In this document: piece by piece, positions 1 to 9,711 of the stretch | Numbering within the stretch: position 1 is the first letter of the stretch | How the letters are laid out: every line of letters starts with the position of its first letter | Assembly: GCA_902590695.1 (NCBI GenBank) | Contig: CACIXR010000002.1 | Coordinates: 132,336 to 196,335 of the forward strand | Source of the DNA: an uncultured Alphaproteobacteria bacterium | GTDB taxonomy: Bacteria > Pseudomonadota > Alphaproteobacteria > HIMB59 > GCA-002718135 | DNA length: 64,000 bases | Reading direction: 5' to 3' | Notes under the pieces: model-generated | What the model was told of the DNA's origin: nothing | The model's input: only the letters and a program-made list of their open reading frames with translations | The model's database searches: none | Made by a program: the position numbers and the translations under genes

Positions 1-155
1 AACCAGGTATAAGAAAGTATTCTAAAATTAGTGAACTTAACAAACCTTTTGGAGGTTTAGGTATTTCAATCCTTTCAACTCCTAAAGGTGTAATGTCTGA
101 TCATCAAGCAAAGAAAAATAATGTTGGTGGTGAAATTTTATGTGAGGTTTTTTAA
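1..155 (+). CDS. rpsH: 30S ribosomal protein S8, C-terminal fragment (5' end outside window)
   Basis: Frame 3 reads [50 protein letters not shown]. The TAA stop at 153-155 overlaps the rplF ATG by 1 nt. Matches the conserved S8 C-terminus and the S8-L6-L18-S5 order. Confidence 0.85.
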   Translation, partial: PGIRKYSKISELNKPFGGLGISILSTPKGVMSDHQAKKNNVGGEILCEVF

Positions 156-685
156 TGTCTAGAATAGCAAAAAATCCAATTAAAATTTCAAAAGAAATAG
201 AGTGTAGTTTCAAGGAAGGTATTTTTTCTGCAAAAGGTAAATTAGGTCAAATGCAAATATCAGTAAATTCTAATTATAAAATAAACATTGATGAAAATGA
301 GATTAAAGTTATTCCGATAGGTGAAATTAATAATGATCCAAATTGGGGTACTACTAGATCTATTATAGCCAATATAATAAATGGCGTATCAAATGGTTTT
401 ACAAAAACTTTAGAATTAAATGGCACTGGATATAGAGCCAGTGTTTCAGGTTCAAAATTAAAGTTAGAACTAGGGTATAGTCATGATATTTACTTTGATA
501 TTCCAAATGATGTAAAAATTGAGTGCCCAAAGCAGAATATAATTAAATTAACTAGTTTCAATAAAGAAAAACTAGGTGCTGCTGCTGCCAAAATAAGATC
601 TTATCGAAAGCCAGAACCTTTTAAAGGTAAAGGTATTAAATATTCTGATGAATATATATATAGAAAAGAAGGAAAAAAGAAATAA
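155..685 (+). CDS. rplF: 50S ribosomal protein L6
   Basis: 176 aa with N-terminus [11 protein letters not shown]. Length and position between S8 and L18 are typical of L6. Confidence 0.95.
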   Translation: MSRIAKNPIKISKEIECSFKEGIFSAKGKLGQMQISVNSNYKINIDENEIKVIPIGEINNDPNWGTTRSIIANIINGVSNGFTKTLELNGTGYRASVSGSKLKLELGYSHDIYFDIPNDVKIECPKQNIIKLTSFNKEKLGAAAAKIRSYRKPEPFKGKGIKYSDEYIYRKEGKKK

Positions 686-687
686 TC

Positions 688-1020
688 ATGAAAGACAGAC
701 AACAGAGAGTAAGATACAAAGCTAAAAGTGTGTCTAATAGGAAGAGACTTACTGTATTTAGATCCAATAATCATATTTATGCACAATTAATTGATGATTT
801 AAATGGGACAACCATAGCAAGCTCATCTTCCGTTGAAAAATCTATTAAAGATATGAAACTTTCTAGAAAAGAAACTGCAGAATTAATTGGAAAAAATATA
901 GCAAAAAAAATAATTTCTAAAGGAATTGATAAAGTTGCATTTGACAGAGGAAAGTACAAATTTCATGGTTTAATCAAAATACTGGCTGATGCCGCAAGAG
1001 TAGAAGGTCTTAATTTTTAG
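688..1020 (+). CDS. rplR: 50S ribosomal protein L18
   Basis: 110 aa. [18 protein letters not shown] and the C-terminal [26 protein letters not shown] are typical of L18. Confidence 0.95.
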   Translation: MKDRQQRVRYKAKSVSNRKRLTVFRSNNHIYAQLIDDLNGTTIASSSSVEKSIKDMKLSRKETAELIGKNIAKKIISKGIDKVAFDRGKYKFHGLIKILADAARVEGLNF

Positions 1021-1027
1021 AGGTAAT

Positions 1028-1537
1028 ATGTTTGAAAATGAAAAAAATGAACTTAATGAGCATTTAGTTACTATTAATAGAGTTGCAAAAGTAGTTAAAG
1101 GTGGAAGAAGATTTGGTTTTGCTGCAATAATGATAGTTGGTGATAACAAAGGTAGAGTTGGAATTGGAACAGGTAAAGCAAAAGAAGTTCCAGAAGCCGT
1201 TAGAAAAGCAACTGAAAATGCTAAAAGTAAAATGATAAGAGTTCATTTAAAAGATAATAGGACTATTCATCATGATACAGTTGGTCGTTTTGGAGCTGGA
1301 AAAGTTATACTACGAACTGCCGCACCAGGTACTGGAATTATAGCAGGTGGTCCTATGAGAGCATTATTTGAGTCTCTAGGAATAAAAGATGTTGTTGCTA
1401 AATCTACAGGCACATCAAATCCTCACAATATGTTGAAAGCAACAATAAATGCTTTTAAAATGTCAGAATCTCCAAAATCAGTTGCAGCTAAAAGATCAAA
1501 AAAAATAAATGAAATCAATAATAGTAAGAATAGTTAA
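1028..1537 (+). CDS. rpsE: 30S ribosomal protein S5
   Basis: 169 aa. [24 protein letters not shown] is the S5 dsRBD motif; spc operon order. Confidence 0.95.
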   Translation: MFENEKNELNEHLVTINRVAKVVKGGRRFGFAAIMIVGDNKGRVGIGTGKAKEVPEAVRKATENAKSKMIRVHLKDNRTIHHDTVGRFGAGKVILRTAAPGTGIIAGGPMRALFESLGIKDVVAKSTGTSNPHNMLKATINAFKMSESPKSVAAKRSKKINEINNSKNS

Positions 1538-1539
1538 TT

Positions 1540-1998
1540 ATGAAAATCAATGAAATAAAATCTACACTCACTTCAAGTAAAAAAAACAAGAGAAAAGGTA
1601 GGGGTTCAGGATCTGGTCTTGGAAAAACTGCTGGAAGAGGAGTAAAGGGGCAGAAATCTAGATCTGGTGTTTCAATTAATGGGTTTGAAGGTGGGCAAAT
1701 GCCACTTTATCGCCGTCTACCTAAAAGAGGATTTAAAAATCCTTTCAGAACAAAAATACAAAAAATTAGCTTTAGTATGATTAATAACATTATAGATAAA
1801 TATAAAATTAACCCTGAGCAAATTACCGAAGAAGATCTTTTTAGTAGAAAAATATTTAAAAAATCCAAAGGAAGTTTAAAACTTTTGAATGTTGGAGAGC
1901 CAAAAAACAACACTAATTTAGAAATTTCGTATGCTTCAAAAAAAGCTATTGAAATTTTAGAAAAAAGTGGTGGCAAAATTAAATTAACAAAGAAATAA
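1540..1998 (+). CDS. rplO: 50S ribosomal protein L15
   Basis: 152 aa with a G/R/K-rich N-terminus ([24 protein letters not shown]). Starts 2 nt after the rpsE stop, so no L30 gene lies between them. Confidence 0.9.
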   Translation: MKINEIKSTLTSSKKNKRKGRGSGSGLGKTAGRGVKGQKSRSGVSINGFEGGQMPLYRRLPKRGFKNPFRTKIQKISFSMINNIIDKYKINPEQITEEDLFSRKIFKKSKGSLKLLNVGEPKNNTNLEISYASKKAIEILEKSGGKIKLTKK

Positions 1999-3339
1999 AT
2001 GGCTACAGCTGCAGACAGATTGGCAAATAACTTAAATTTTGGTGCTTTAGGAAAAGCCACTGAATTAAGACAAAGACTTTTATTTACTTTAGGTGCTTTA
2101 ATTATCTTTCGCTTAGGAACTTTTTTACCTATTCCAGGAATAAATCCACTAGCACTTCAACAATTTTTTGAACAACAATCTTCTGGAATTCTTGGAATTT
2201 TTGATACATTTTCTGGCGGTGCTCTGGGTAGAATGGGTATATTTGCTTTAGGTGTAATGCCCTATATTTCATCTTCAATTATAATGACCTTGATGCAGTC
2301 TGCAATTCCATTTCTTAAATCTTTAAAGGAGCAGGGATCAAAAGGAAGAAGGCAATTATTACAATATACAAGATATGTTACTGTACTGATTGCAGCAATA
2401 CAAGGATATGGTGTTTCTATTGGACTAGAATCCATGCAGACAACTTATGGAAATATTGTATTCGAACCAGGTATATTTTTTAGATTAACAACGGTAATTA
2501 CTCTTGTAGGTGGAACAATATTTTTGATGTGGTTAGGTGAACAGATTACATCTAGAGGTGTTGGAAATGGTATATCCCTTATTATTACTGCAGGAATTAT
2601 AGCCAATTTGCCAAGCGCTTTTGTAAGTACTTTACAGTTAGGCAGAACTGGCGAATTAAGCATTGCATTTATATTAGGAATATTAATCTTAATATTACTT
2701 CTAATAATTTTTATTGTATTTGTTGAAAAAGCTCAAAGAAGGTTGCCAGTACAATATCCAAAAAGACAAGTTGGAAATAAAATTTATGGCGGTCAAAGCT
2801 CACATCTACCTTTAAAAATCAATACTGCAGGTGTTATTCCAGTTATATTTGCATCTTCTATTCTACTTTTACCTAATACGATGTCTGGATTTGGAGCTGG
2901 ATCCTCAAGTGATATATTTATTTTAATCTCTAGTTACTTAGGAAGAGGACAACCATTATATCTGGGCTTATATGCTGCGATGATAATATTTTTTGGCTTC
3001 TTTTATACATCAATAGTTTTTAATCCTGATGAACAGGCAGAGAACTTAAGAAAGTATGGCGGATTTATTCCTGGAATTAGACCAGGAGAAAATACAGCAA
3101 AATTTATTGAGTTTGTGCTAATAAGATTAACAACAATTGGGACAATTTATTTAACATTTGTTGCGCTTCTTCCAGAATTTCTATTATCAAGAACATCAAT
3201 TCCATTTTATCTTGGAGGAACAGCATTATTAATAGTTGTTGTAGTGATGATTGATTTTATAACACAAGTCCAATCACATTTATTTCAGCATCAATATGAG
3301 GGGCTTCTTAAAAAAACCAAGTTAAAAGGCAGGAGATAA
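1999..3339 (+). CDS. secY: Preprotein translocase subunit SecY
   Basis: 446 aa, multi-TM. Contains LGALIIFRLGTFLPIPGI and GNGISLII motifs. Sits after rplO. Confidence 0.97.
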   Translation: MATAADRLANNLNFGALGKATELRQRLLFTLGALIIFRLGTFLPIPGINPLALQQFFEQQSSGILGIFDTFSGGALGRMGIFALGVMPYISSSIIMTLMQSAIPFLKSLKEQGSKGRRQLLQYTRYVTVLIAAIQGYGVSIGLESMQTTYGNIVFEPGIFFRLTTVITLVGGTIFLMWLGEQITSRGVGNGISLIITAGIIANLPSAFVSTLQLGRTGELSIAFILGILILILLLIIFIVFVEKAQRRLPVQYPKRQVGNKIYGGQSSHLPLKINTAGVIPVIFASSILLLPNTMSGFGAGSSSDIFILISSYLGRGQPLYLGLYAAMIIFFGFFYTSIVFNPDEQAENLRKYGGFIPGIRPGENTAKFIEFVLIRLTTIGTIYLTFVALLPEFLLSRTSIPFYLGGTALLIVVVVMIDFITQVQSHLFQHQYEGLLKKTKLKGRR

Positions 3340-3340
3340 A

Positions 3341-3913
3341 TTGAGTAAAATAATATTTTTTGGTCCACCAGGAGCAGGAAAAGGTACTCAAGCTAAAATA
3401 ATATCTGAATATTTAAAAATACCACATCTATCCACTGGGGATATATTAAGAAAAAAATTATTAGATAAAGATAATCTTGCGATTGAACTTAAAAAAGTTA
3501 TGTCATCAGGTAATTTAGTTTCTGATGATATATTAAATTCGATTGTATCTTCAAGATTACAAAACGAACAATCTAGTGGATTTATATTAGATGGCTATCC
3601 TAGAACGTTAAAGCAATCAGAATTTTTAAACAATTTTCTTTCCAATACATCATATTCTATAAATTTTATTTTTAATATTCAAATAGACTTCAATACTTTG
3701 AAACATCGTATACTACTTAGATCTTCAGAAGAAAATAGAGATGACGATAATATTGATGTTATTGAGACCAGATACAATGAATATCTTAATTCAACTCAAC
3801 AAGTATCTGATTTTTATAAAAACAAATTTAAAGAAATTTTTCATGAGATAGATGGATCATTACAAATCGAAGAAATAACTAAAAAAATCAAACAAATTTT
3901 AAAAAAATCATGA
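3341..3913 (+). CDS. adk: Adenylate kinase (short-lid type)
   Basis: 190 aa with a TTG start and P-loop GPPGAGKGTQA. The secY-adk-rpsM order is typical of alphaproteobacteria. Confidence 0.95.
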   Translation: MSKIIFFGPPGAGKGTQAKIISEYLKIPHLSTGDILRKKLLDKDNLAIELKKVMSSGNLVSDDILNSIVSSRLQNEQSSGFILDGYPRTLKQSEFLNNFLSNTSYSINFIFNIQIDFNTLKHRILLRSSEENRDDDNIDVIETRYNEYLNSTQQVSDFYKNKFKEIFHEIDGSLQIEEITKKIKQILKKS

Positions 3914-3950
3914 AAAACAGCCAATTTTTAGAACATCTCTTCTTGACTAG

Positions 3951-3969
3951 ATACATGATTATCATGTAT
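3951..3969. promoter_or_regulatory. Perfect 19-bp palindrome ATACATGAT-T-ATCATGTAT in the adk-rpsM spacer, next to a TTGACT hexamer (3943-3948)
   Basis: Read directly: the reverse complement of ATACATGAT is ATCATGTAT. Lies in the 87-nt spacer heading rpsM-rpsK-rpoA-rplQ. Function not established. Confidence 0.25.
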
Positions 3970-4000
3970 TCACCCTCATTCATTTTTTTTGGATCTCATT

Positions 4001-4381
4001 ATGGCTAGAATCTCAGGTGTTAACATTCCTACTAATAAGAAAGTAAATATAGCTTTGACGTATATATTTGGAATTGGAAATAAGATTGCCAATGAAATTT
4101 GTAACAATGCATCTATAGATATAACGAAAAGAGTTAGTGAACTTAATGAGGAAGAAATTAATAAAATTAGAGATTTAATTGACAAAGATTACTCCGTAGA
4201 AGGAGATTTAAGAAGAAAAATATCTTTGGACATAAAAAGATTAAATGATTTAGGTTGTTATAGAGGGCTAAGACATCGTAAAAAATTACCAGTTAGAGGA
4301 CAACGAACTCATACCAATGCTAGAACAAGAAAAGGTAAGGCTGTTGCTATTGCTGGTAAGAAGAAAGTAACAAAAGGTTAG
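4001..4381 (+). CDS. rpsM: 30S ribosomal protein S13
   Basis: Start placed at ATG 4001 ([15 protein letters not shown]). The ORF-track start at 3989 is an in-frame TTG extension. Confidence 0.95.
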   Translation: MARISGVNIPTNKKVNIALTYIFGIGNKIANEICNNASIDITKRVSELNEEEINKIRDLIDKDYSVEGDLRRKISLDIKRLNDLGCYRGLRHRKKLPVRGQRTHTNARTRKGKAVAIAGKKKVTKG

Positions 4382-4382
4382 A

Positions 4383-4763
4383 ATGGTTGAAAAGAAAAAA
4401 TCTAAACTTAAGAAAAAAGTATCATCTGGTGTAGCACATATTACTTCATCTTTTAATAATACTATCATAACTATAACAGATGAGAAAGGTAATGCTTTAG
4501 CCTGGTCATCTTCTGGCCACAAGGGTTTTAAGGGCTCTAGAAAATCAACACCATATGCTGCACAAATAGCAGCCGAGGATGTTGGAAATAAAGCTAAGGA
4601 TTTTGGTTTGAAAAATCTAAAAGTTGAAGTATCTGGACCAGGTTCTGGAAGGGAATCTGCTCTAAGATCATTGCAATCTATAGGCTACATTATAACATCT
4701 ATTAAAGATGTTACACCAATCCCTCATAATGGTTGCAGGCCAAGAAAAAGAAGAAGAGTTTAA
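4383..4763 (+). CDS. rpsK: 30S ribosomal protein S11
   Basis: 126 aa. [18 protein letters not shown] and the C-terminal [13 protein letters not shown] are typical of S11. Confidence 0.95.
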   Translation: MVEKKKSKLKKKVSSGVAHITSSFNNTIITITDEKGNALAWSSSGHKGFKGSRKSTPYAAQIAAEDVGNKAKDFGLKNLKVEVSGPGSGRESALRSLQSIGYIITSIKDVTPIPHNGCRPRKRRRV

Positions 4764-4779
4764 AAGAAGGAGCATTTAA

Positions 4780-5802
4780 GTGTTACAAAAAAACTGGAGT
4801 GAATTAATAAAACCTACTAAAATGGAAGTTAATGTAGAAGAAAGCAATGGTAAAATTGGTAAGCTTACAGCTGAACCACTAGAGAGAGGATTTGGCCTAA
4901 CATTAGGAAACGCCATAAGAAGAATTTTATTATCTTCACTTCAAGGTGCAGCAATTACTTCAATTAAAATAAAAGGTGTTGTTCATGAATTTTCAACTAT
5001 TCCCGGAGTTAAAGAAGATCTAACAGATATTCTTTTAAATTTAAAATCTGTTGCTGTAAAAGTCCACTCTCCAGGGTTAAAAAAAATGTATCTTAAATCT
5101 AATGGTTCTGGAGAAATCAGAGCAGGAAACTTTGAAACTGATTCTGAAACAGAGATAATGAATCCAGATCAATTGATCATGACTCTTGATTCGAATGCAG
5201 ATGTTGAATTAGAGGCTAACGTTGAAACTGGTAAAGGTTATGTTTCAGCTGAAATAGCAGAAGATGAAAACAAAGTAATAGGAGAAATTAAACTAGATGC
5301 AATGTTTAGTCCAGTTGTAAAGGCTTCATATAAAATAGAAAATAGTAGAGTAGGACAGGTTACTGACTTTGACAAATTAGTATTTGATGTTGAAACCAAT
5401 GGCTCAATGTCTCCTGATGACGCTATTGCTTTGGCAGCTAGAATTCTTCAAGATCAATTACAACCATTCATTAACTTTGACGAACCAGAGTCTATACCTG
5501 ATCAATCTCAAGTAGAAGCACTATCATTTAATTCCAATTTACTAAAAAAAGTTGAAGAATTAGAACTTTCCGTAAGATCTGCAAATTGCCTTAAAAATGA
5601 TAATATTATTTATATTGGTGACCTTGTACAAAAATCTGAATCTGAAATGTTAAGAACGCCAAATTTTGGAAGAAAGTCATTAAATGAAATTAAAGAAGTT
5701 CTTCAACAAATGGAGCTTAATTTAGGAATGTCAGTACCTGACTGGCCGCCTGAAAATATTGACGAACTAGCAAAAAAATATGAGGATCCGTTTAATAAGT
5801 AA
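4780..5802 (+). CDS. rpoA: DNA-directed RNA polymerase subunit alpha
   Basis: 340 aa with a GTG start. N-terminal assembly domain plus a C-terminal domain ([23 protein letters not shown]). Confidence 0.97.
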   Translation: MLQKNWSELIKPTKMEVNVEESNGKIGKLTAEPLERGFGLTLGNAIRRILLSSLQGAAITSIKIKGVVHEFSTIPGVKEDLTDILLNLKSVAVKVHSPGLKKMYLKSNGSGEIRAGNFETDSETEIMNPDQLIMTLDSNADVELEANVETGKGYVSAEIAEDENKVIGEIKLDAMFSPVVKASYKIENSRVGQVTDFDKLVFDVETNGSMSPDDAIALAARILQDQLQPFINFDEPESIPDQSQVEALSFNSNLLKKVEELELSVRSANCLKNDNIIYIGDLVQKSESEMLRTPNFGRKSLNEIKEVLQQMELNLGMSVPDWPPENIDELAKKYEDPFNK

Positions 5803-5807
5803 TTTTT

Positions 5808-6245
5808 ATGAAGCATAATATTAAAAATAAAAAACTAAACAAAACTACTTCTCATAGGAAGGCAATGTTTATGAATATGTCAAACGCTCTTATTAAACAT
5901 GAACAAATAACAACAACGTTAACAAAGGCTAAGGAACTTAGAAGATTTGTAGAAAAAATAGTAACTTTAGGTAAAAAGGGTGATTTGTTATCAAGAAGAA
6001 AAACTGTTTCGATTTTACAAGATCAAAAAATGTATAAAAAAGTTTTTGATATACTCGCTGATAGATATAAAAATAGAAATGGTGGATACACTCGTATCAT
6101 AAAACTTGGAAATAGATTTGGAGATAACGCTCCAACAGCTGTTATCGAATTTGTTGATAGAGATGAAAACGCTAAAGGACTAGATAGTGGTCCAATCATT
6201 GAAAAAAAATCTACTGAAGAAGTAGAAGATCAACCTACAGTTTAA
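5808..6245 (+). CDS. rplQ: 50S ribosomal protein L17
   Basis: 145 aa. [35 protein letters not shown]. Sits after rpoA. Confidence 0.93.
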   Translation: MKHNIKNKKLNKTTSHRKAMFMNMSNALIKHEQITTTLTKAKELRRFVEKIVTLGKKGDLLSRRKTVSILQDQKMYKKVFDILADRYKNRNGGYTRIIKLGNRFGDNAPTAVIEFVDRDENAKGLDSGPIIEKKSTEEVEDQPTV

Positions 6246-6262
6246 ATATATTGTTTAACATA

Positions 6263-6619
6263 ATGTTAGTCGCCACTGGTGGTGCATTAGGAGCTGTACT
6301 AAGATATCTTTTAACAAACGTTAGTAAATTATTGTTTGTATCTAGTATATATGGAACTATTTCAGTTAATATATTAGGCTCTTTTTTAATAGGCTATTTT
6401 ATAACATCTAATTTTGGAAATAATTTACCTGAAAACTTTATAAAATTTTTTTTAATTATCGGTTTTTTAGGATCTTTCACTACTTTTTCTGCATTTTCTT
6501 ATGAAGTTCTAGATCTAATTAATTCCAAAAAATATTTTACTTCTTTTACTTACATTTTTATTTCTATCTTTATATGTATATTGTCTGCATATTTTGGAAC
6601 TTTATTAAATAAGATTTGA
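6263..6619 (+). CDS. crcB: Fluoride channel CrcB/FluC
   Basis: Small 4-TM protein with GGALGAVLRY and GFLGSFTTFS motifs. ATG 6263 is preferred over the TTG at 6251. There is no room upstream for a fluoride riboswitch. Confidence 0.85.
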   Translation: MLVATGGALGAVLRYLLTNVSKLLFVSSIYGTISVNILGSFLIGYFITSNFGNNLPENFIKFFLIIGFLGSFTTFSAFSYEVLDLINSKKYFTSFTYIFISIFICILSAYFGTLLNKI

Positions 6620-6620
6620 T

Positions 6621-7535
6621 TTGATTAAGATCATTAAAATCCAAAATAATTGCAACCAAAGACTAGATAAGTACCTTAAATATAAATATACATCTTTAAC
6701 ACAAGGTTTTATTGAGAAAAATATTAGAAAAAAAAATATTCTAATTAATAACTCAAGCACAAAAGCAAACTATCTAGTTAAACTTAATGACGAACTCAAA
6801 ATATTAAATTTTCATGAAACACTCTATAAAAATAAGATAATTTTTAAAAAAAACATAAAAATATCAAAAGAAATTTTAAGTAAATTTAAAAGATCAATAA
6901 TATTTGAAAATAATGATTTTATTGTTTTAAAAAAATGGCCGCAAATAGCTACTCAAGGAGGTAGTAAAATAAAAATTTCAATAGATCATATAATTAAAAA
7001 AATAAGCTCTCAATATAGATTGGTACATAGGCTTGATAAGGAAACATCAGGATTACTTTTAATTGCTAAAAATCTTAATTCTGCAAAAAAATTATCTTCT
7101 CTTTTCAAACAAAAAGAAATTACTAAATATTATATTGCTTTATGTGAAGGTAGTCCTAAAAACAACTCTTCCCAAGTAAAATTAGAAATTAAAAATAAAA
7201 AACTTAAAACTGAAAATACTTTAACTAACTACAAGGTGGTAAATAAAAATAAAAGTATTTCTTCAATATTATTTAGTCCACAAACAGGTAAAACTCATCA
7301 ACTTAGAATAGTATCTAAAAATCTTGGATGCCCAATAGTTGGTGATAATAAATACAATATTCATTCAAAGTATCCAAAAGAGAGCTTAATGTTACATGCA
7401 TTTGCTTTAAAATTTACAATAAACAAAAAGAAATTTGAGTTCATATCAAATTTACCAGATTATTTTCTTAACTTTATAAAAATAAATAATTTAAAAATTA
7501 ATAAAGATTTAAAAAATTATTTAAATATTTTTTAA
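6621..7535 (+). CDS. RluA-family 23S rRNA pseudouridine synthase (RluC/RluD-like)
   Basis: 304 aa with a TTG start. Catalytic motif HRLDKETSGLLLIAK and an S4-like N-terminus. Confidence 0.8.
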   Translation: MIKIIKIQNNCNQRLDKYLKYKYTSLTQGFIEKNIRKKNILINNSSTKANYLVKLNDELKILNFHETLYKNKIIFKKNIKISKEILSKFKRSIIFENNDFIVLKKWPQIATQGGSKIKISIDHIIKKISSQYRLVHRLDKETSGLLLIAKNLNSAKKLSSLFKQKEITKYYIALCEGSPKNNSSQVKLEIKNKKLKTENTLTNYKVVNKNKSISSILFSPQTGKTHQLRIVSKNLGCPIVGDNKYNIHSKYPKESLMLHAFALKFTINKKKFEFISNLPDYFLNFIKINNLKINKDLKNYLNIF

Positions 7536-8168
7536 ATTTTCAATAAAAATTTTTTTAAATATTTTATCAAATTCAGATTGCTCTAATTTAATACCTAATT
7601 CTTCCATTGAAGTATTTTGATATTCTTTTAAACCACATGAGTGAATGTAATTGTAATATTTTAGATCAGGATTAATATTAAAGCTTAATCCATGGTATGT
7701 AATCCATTTTTTTATTCGTAATCCGATTGCACCAATTTTTTTTTCTTTATCAAATGTAATATTATTACTTTTAGTTACCCAAATACCAACTCTATCTTTA
7801 AAAGCCTGTGCTTCAACATTATAATTCGATAAAAAAGATATAAGAGAATTTTCAATTATAGTAATAAACTTTCTTATATCTTTGTTTTTATTATTTAAAT
7901 TCAACATAAAATAAACAATTCTTTGGCCAGGACCATGGTATGTTGTTTTTCCTCCACGATTGGATTTTATAACATCAATAACATTTGAATTTAATATTTC
8001 TTCTTTTGAGGCACTTGTTCCTTGAGTAAAAATATGATTATGACTTAGAAACCACAATAATTCTGAAGATTTATTTTTACTTATATCATCAATTCTAGAC
8101 TCCATATACATTACTGCTTTTTCATAATCTATTTCATGATTAGATATTTTTATTTCGATTTGTTTCAT
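7521..8168 (-). CDS. lipB: Octanoyltransferase (lipoate-protein ligase B)
   Basis: 215 aa with RGGKTTYHGPGQRIVY and KIGAIGLRI motifs. Its 3' end overlaps the convergent pseudouridine synthase gene by 15 nt. Confidence 0.9.
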   Translation of the reverse strand: MKQIEIKISNHEIDYEKAVMYMESRIDDISKNKSSELLWFLSHNHIFTQGTSASKEEILNSNVIDVIKSNRGGKTTYHGPGQRIVYFMLNLNNKNKDIRKFITIIENSLISFLSNYNVEAQAFKDRVGIWVTKSNNITFDKEKKIGAIGLRIKKWITYHGLSFNINPDLKYYNYIHSCGLKEYQNTSMEELGIKLEQSEFDKIFKKIFIENLKNI

Positions 8169-8227
8169 ATTATTTTTAACTTTATTGATAGTTAATATCC
8201 TATCTGATATTTAATTCTACTATATAT

Positions 8228-8314
8228 GCGGCTGTGGCGGAATTGGTATACGCGCAGCGTTGAGGTCGCTGTGGGATTTATCCTGTGGAAGTTCAAGTCT
8301 TCTCAGCCGCACCA
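8228..8314 (+). tRNA. tRNA-Leu (anticodon GAG), class II with long variable arm, CCA encoded
   Basis: Hand-folded. Acceptor stem GCGGCTG/CAGCCGC. 3-bp D stem GCG/CGC. Anticodon stem CAGCG/CGCTG with loop TTGAGGT. 15-nt variable arm. T arm GGAAG-TTCAAGT-CTTCT. Discriminator A followed by CCA. Confidence 0.9.
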
Positions 8315-8320
8315 ATTTAT

Positions 8321-9688
8321 ATGGAAGAAATTATTATTAAAAAAGATCAGGATTCCTCAATTAAACCTGTTGAATTAATTACTGATTATTTAGAAAATTA
8401 TAAATATGGTAAAATTCTATCTTATTTAAAAGATATTCATAATGCAGATATTGCATACATTCTTCAAAATTTAGATCCAGTTTTAAGATTAAGCCTTTTA
8501 AATATAATTGATAAAAATTTTGATCCTGAAATACTTACTTATTTAAATGATAGTGTTAGAGAAGAAATAATAGAAACTTTGGATATAAAACAATTAGCAA
8601 ATAATGCTAAAAGTTTAGATATTGATGATGCGGTAGACTTAGCTGAGGATTTAGAAGAAAAAGATCAAAATATATTTTTAAAAAATTTAGATAAAGAAGA
8701 AAGAACCTTAGTTGAAGAAGGTTTGAATTATCCAGAATACTCTGCTGGTAGATTAATGCAAAGACAATTTGTGGCTATTAATCAAACATGGACTGTTGGT
8801 CAAGCAATTGATTATTTACGAAATAATAAATTGAATTTACCAGAAGATTTCTATGATATTTATTTAATAAATAATAACGAAGAAGCAAAAGGTGTAGTCC
8901 CATTAGGAAGATTGATGGGCTCAAAAAGAGAAATAAAATTAAATTCAATATCAAATAAAGAATTACGATTAATTGATGTAAATGCTGATCAAGAAGATGT
9001 AGCTTTATTATTTAGTAAATATGGATTAGTTAGCGCTCCTGTAATCAATAATCATAAAAGAATCATTGGATCCATTACAGTTGATGATGTTGTAGAAGTT
9101 ATTGAAGAAGAAAGGGAAGAAGATATTTTAAAACTTGGAGGTGTAGACCATACAGATTTATATGAGTCAGTTATTAGCACAACAAAATCTAGAATTTCTT
9201 GGTTAATTGTAAATTTAATGACAGCAGTCGTAGCCTCAATAGTAATAGGTTTGTTTGAAGCTGCGATAGAAAAAGTAGTGGCCTTAGCTATTTTAATGCC
9301 AATAGTAGCTTCTATGGGTGCTAATGCTGGCACTCAAACTTTAACAGTTGCAGTCCGTGCTATTGCTGTGAAAGAACTAACAACAAGCAATGCATTAAAA
9401 ATAATAACCAAAGAAACTCTAATTGGTGGTATAAATGGTATCATATTTGCTATTATAATATCTTTAATTTCTATTTATTGGTTTGATAATTTTTTATTAG
9501 GAATAATAATAGGGCTTGCCATGATACTAAATTTACTAATCGCTGGTTTTTCAGGAATTGTAATTCCACTAGTTTTAGATAAACTAAAAATTGATCCTGC
9601 TTTAGCATCTGCTGTAATTTTGACTACAATAACAGATGTATTTGGTTTTCTATCTTTTCTGGGATTAGCAACTTTATTTTTAATATAA
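8321..9688 (+). CDS. mgtE: Magnesium transporter MgtE
   Basis: MgtE N-domain, CBS pair and C-terminal TM domain with GANAGTQT. Start moved to ATG 8321 (MEEIIIKKD) because the ORF-track start at 8285 lies inside the tRNA. Confidence 0.9.
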   Translation: MEEIIIKKDQDSSIKPVELITDYLENYKYGKILSYLKDIHNADIAYILQNLDPVLRLSLLNIIDKNFDPEILTYLNDSVREEIIETLDIKQLANNAKSLDIDDAVDLAEDLEEKDQNIFLKNLDKEERTLVEEGLNYPEYSAGRLMQRQFVAINQTWTVGQAIDYLRNNKLNLPEDFYDIYLINNNEEAKGVVPLGRLMGSKREIKLNSISNKELRLIDVNADQEDVALLFSKYGLVSAPVINNHKRIIGSITVDDVVEVIEEEREEDILKLGGVDHTDLYESVISTTKSRISWLIVNLMTAVVASIVIGLFEAAIEKVVALAILMPIVASMGANAGTQTLTVAVRAIAVKELTTSNALKIITKETLIGGINGIIFAIIISLISIYWFDNFLLGIIIGLAMILNLLIAGFSGIVIPLVLDKLKIDPALASAVILTTITDVFGFLSFLGLATLFLI

Positions 9689-9711
9689 TCTAGTCTATTT
9701 AAAATAAAGCA

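Noticed and set aside
601-786. Many 60-123-aa ORFs in the track lie antisense to, or out of frame within, well-supported genes. Examples: 601-786, 777-959, 1064-1246, 1707-2060, 2445-2663, 3976-4185, 4286-4522, 9052-9333, 12727-13005, 14579-14947, 17406-17777, 19702-19944, 33668-33979, 38253-38588, 41462-41827, 58923-59216 and 63023-63211.
   Set aside because: Each is fully embedded in a longer ORF with clear family motifs. Their translations are low-complexity (F/I/L/S/K-rich), as expected for shadow frames of AT-rich coding DNA, and none has its own spacer or ribosome-binding site.
1537-1540. Absence of rpmD (L30) between rpsE and rplO, and of rpmJ near secY.
   Set aside because: There is only a 2-nt gap, so the gene is genuinely not here. 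L30 is dispensable or absent in various bacteria, and rpmJ is often encoded elsewhere in alphaproteobacteria. This is not evidence of anything novel without whole-genome context.
8185-8213. TTGATA-N17-TATTTA promoter-like match upstream of tRNA-Leu.
   Set aside because: The spacing and distance to the tRNA 5' end are plausible. However, -10-like A/T hexamers are ubiquitous at this base composition, so it is not reported as a feature without transcription-start-site data.
8285-8320. ORF-track N-terminal extension of mgtE (MEVQVFSAAPIY...).
   Set aside because: It is translated from the T-arm, acceptor stem and CCA of tRNA-Leu. The real start is ATG 8321.
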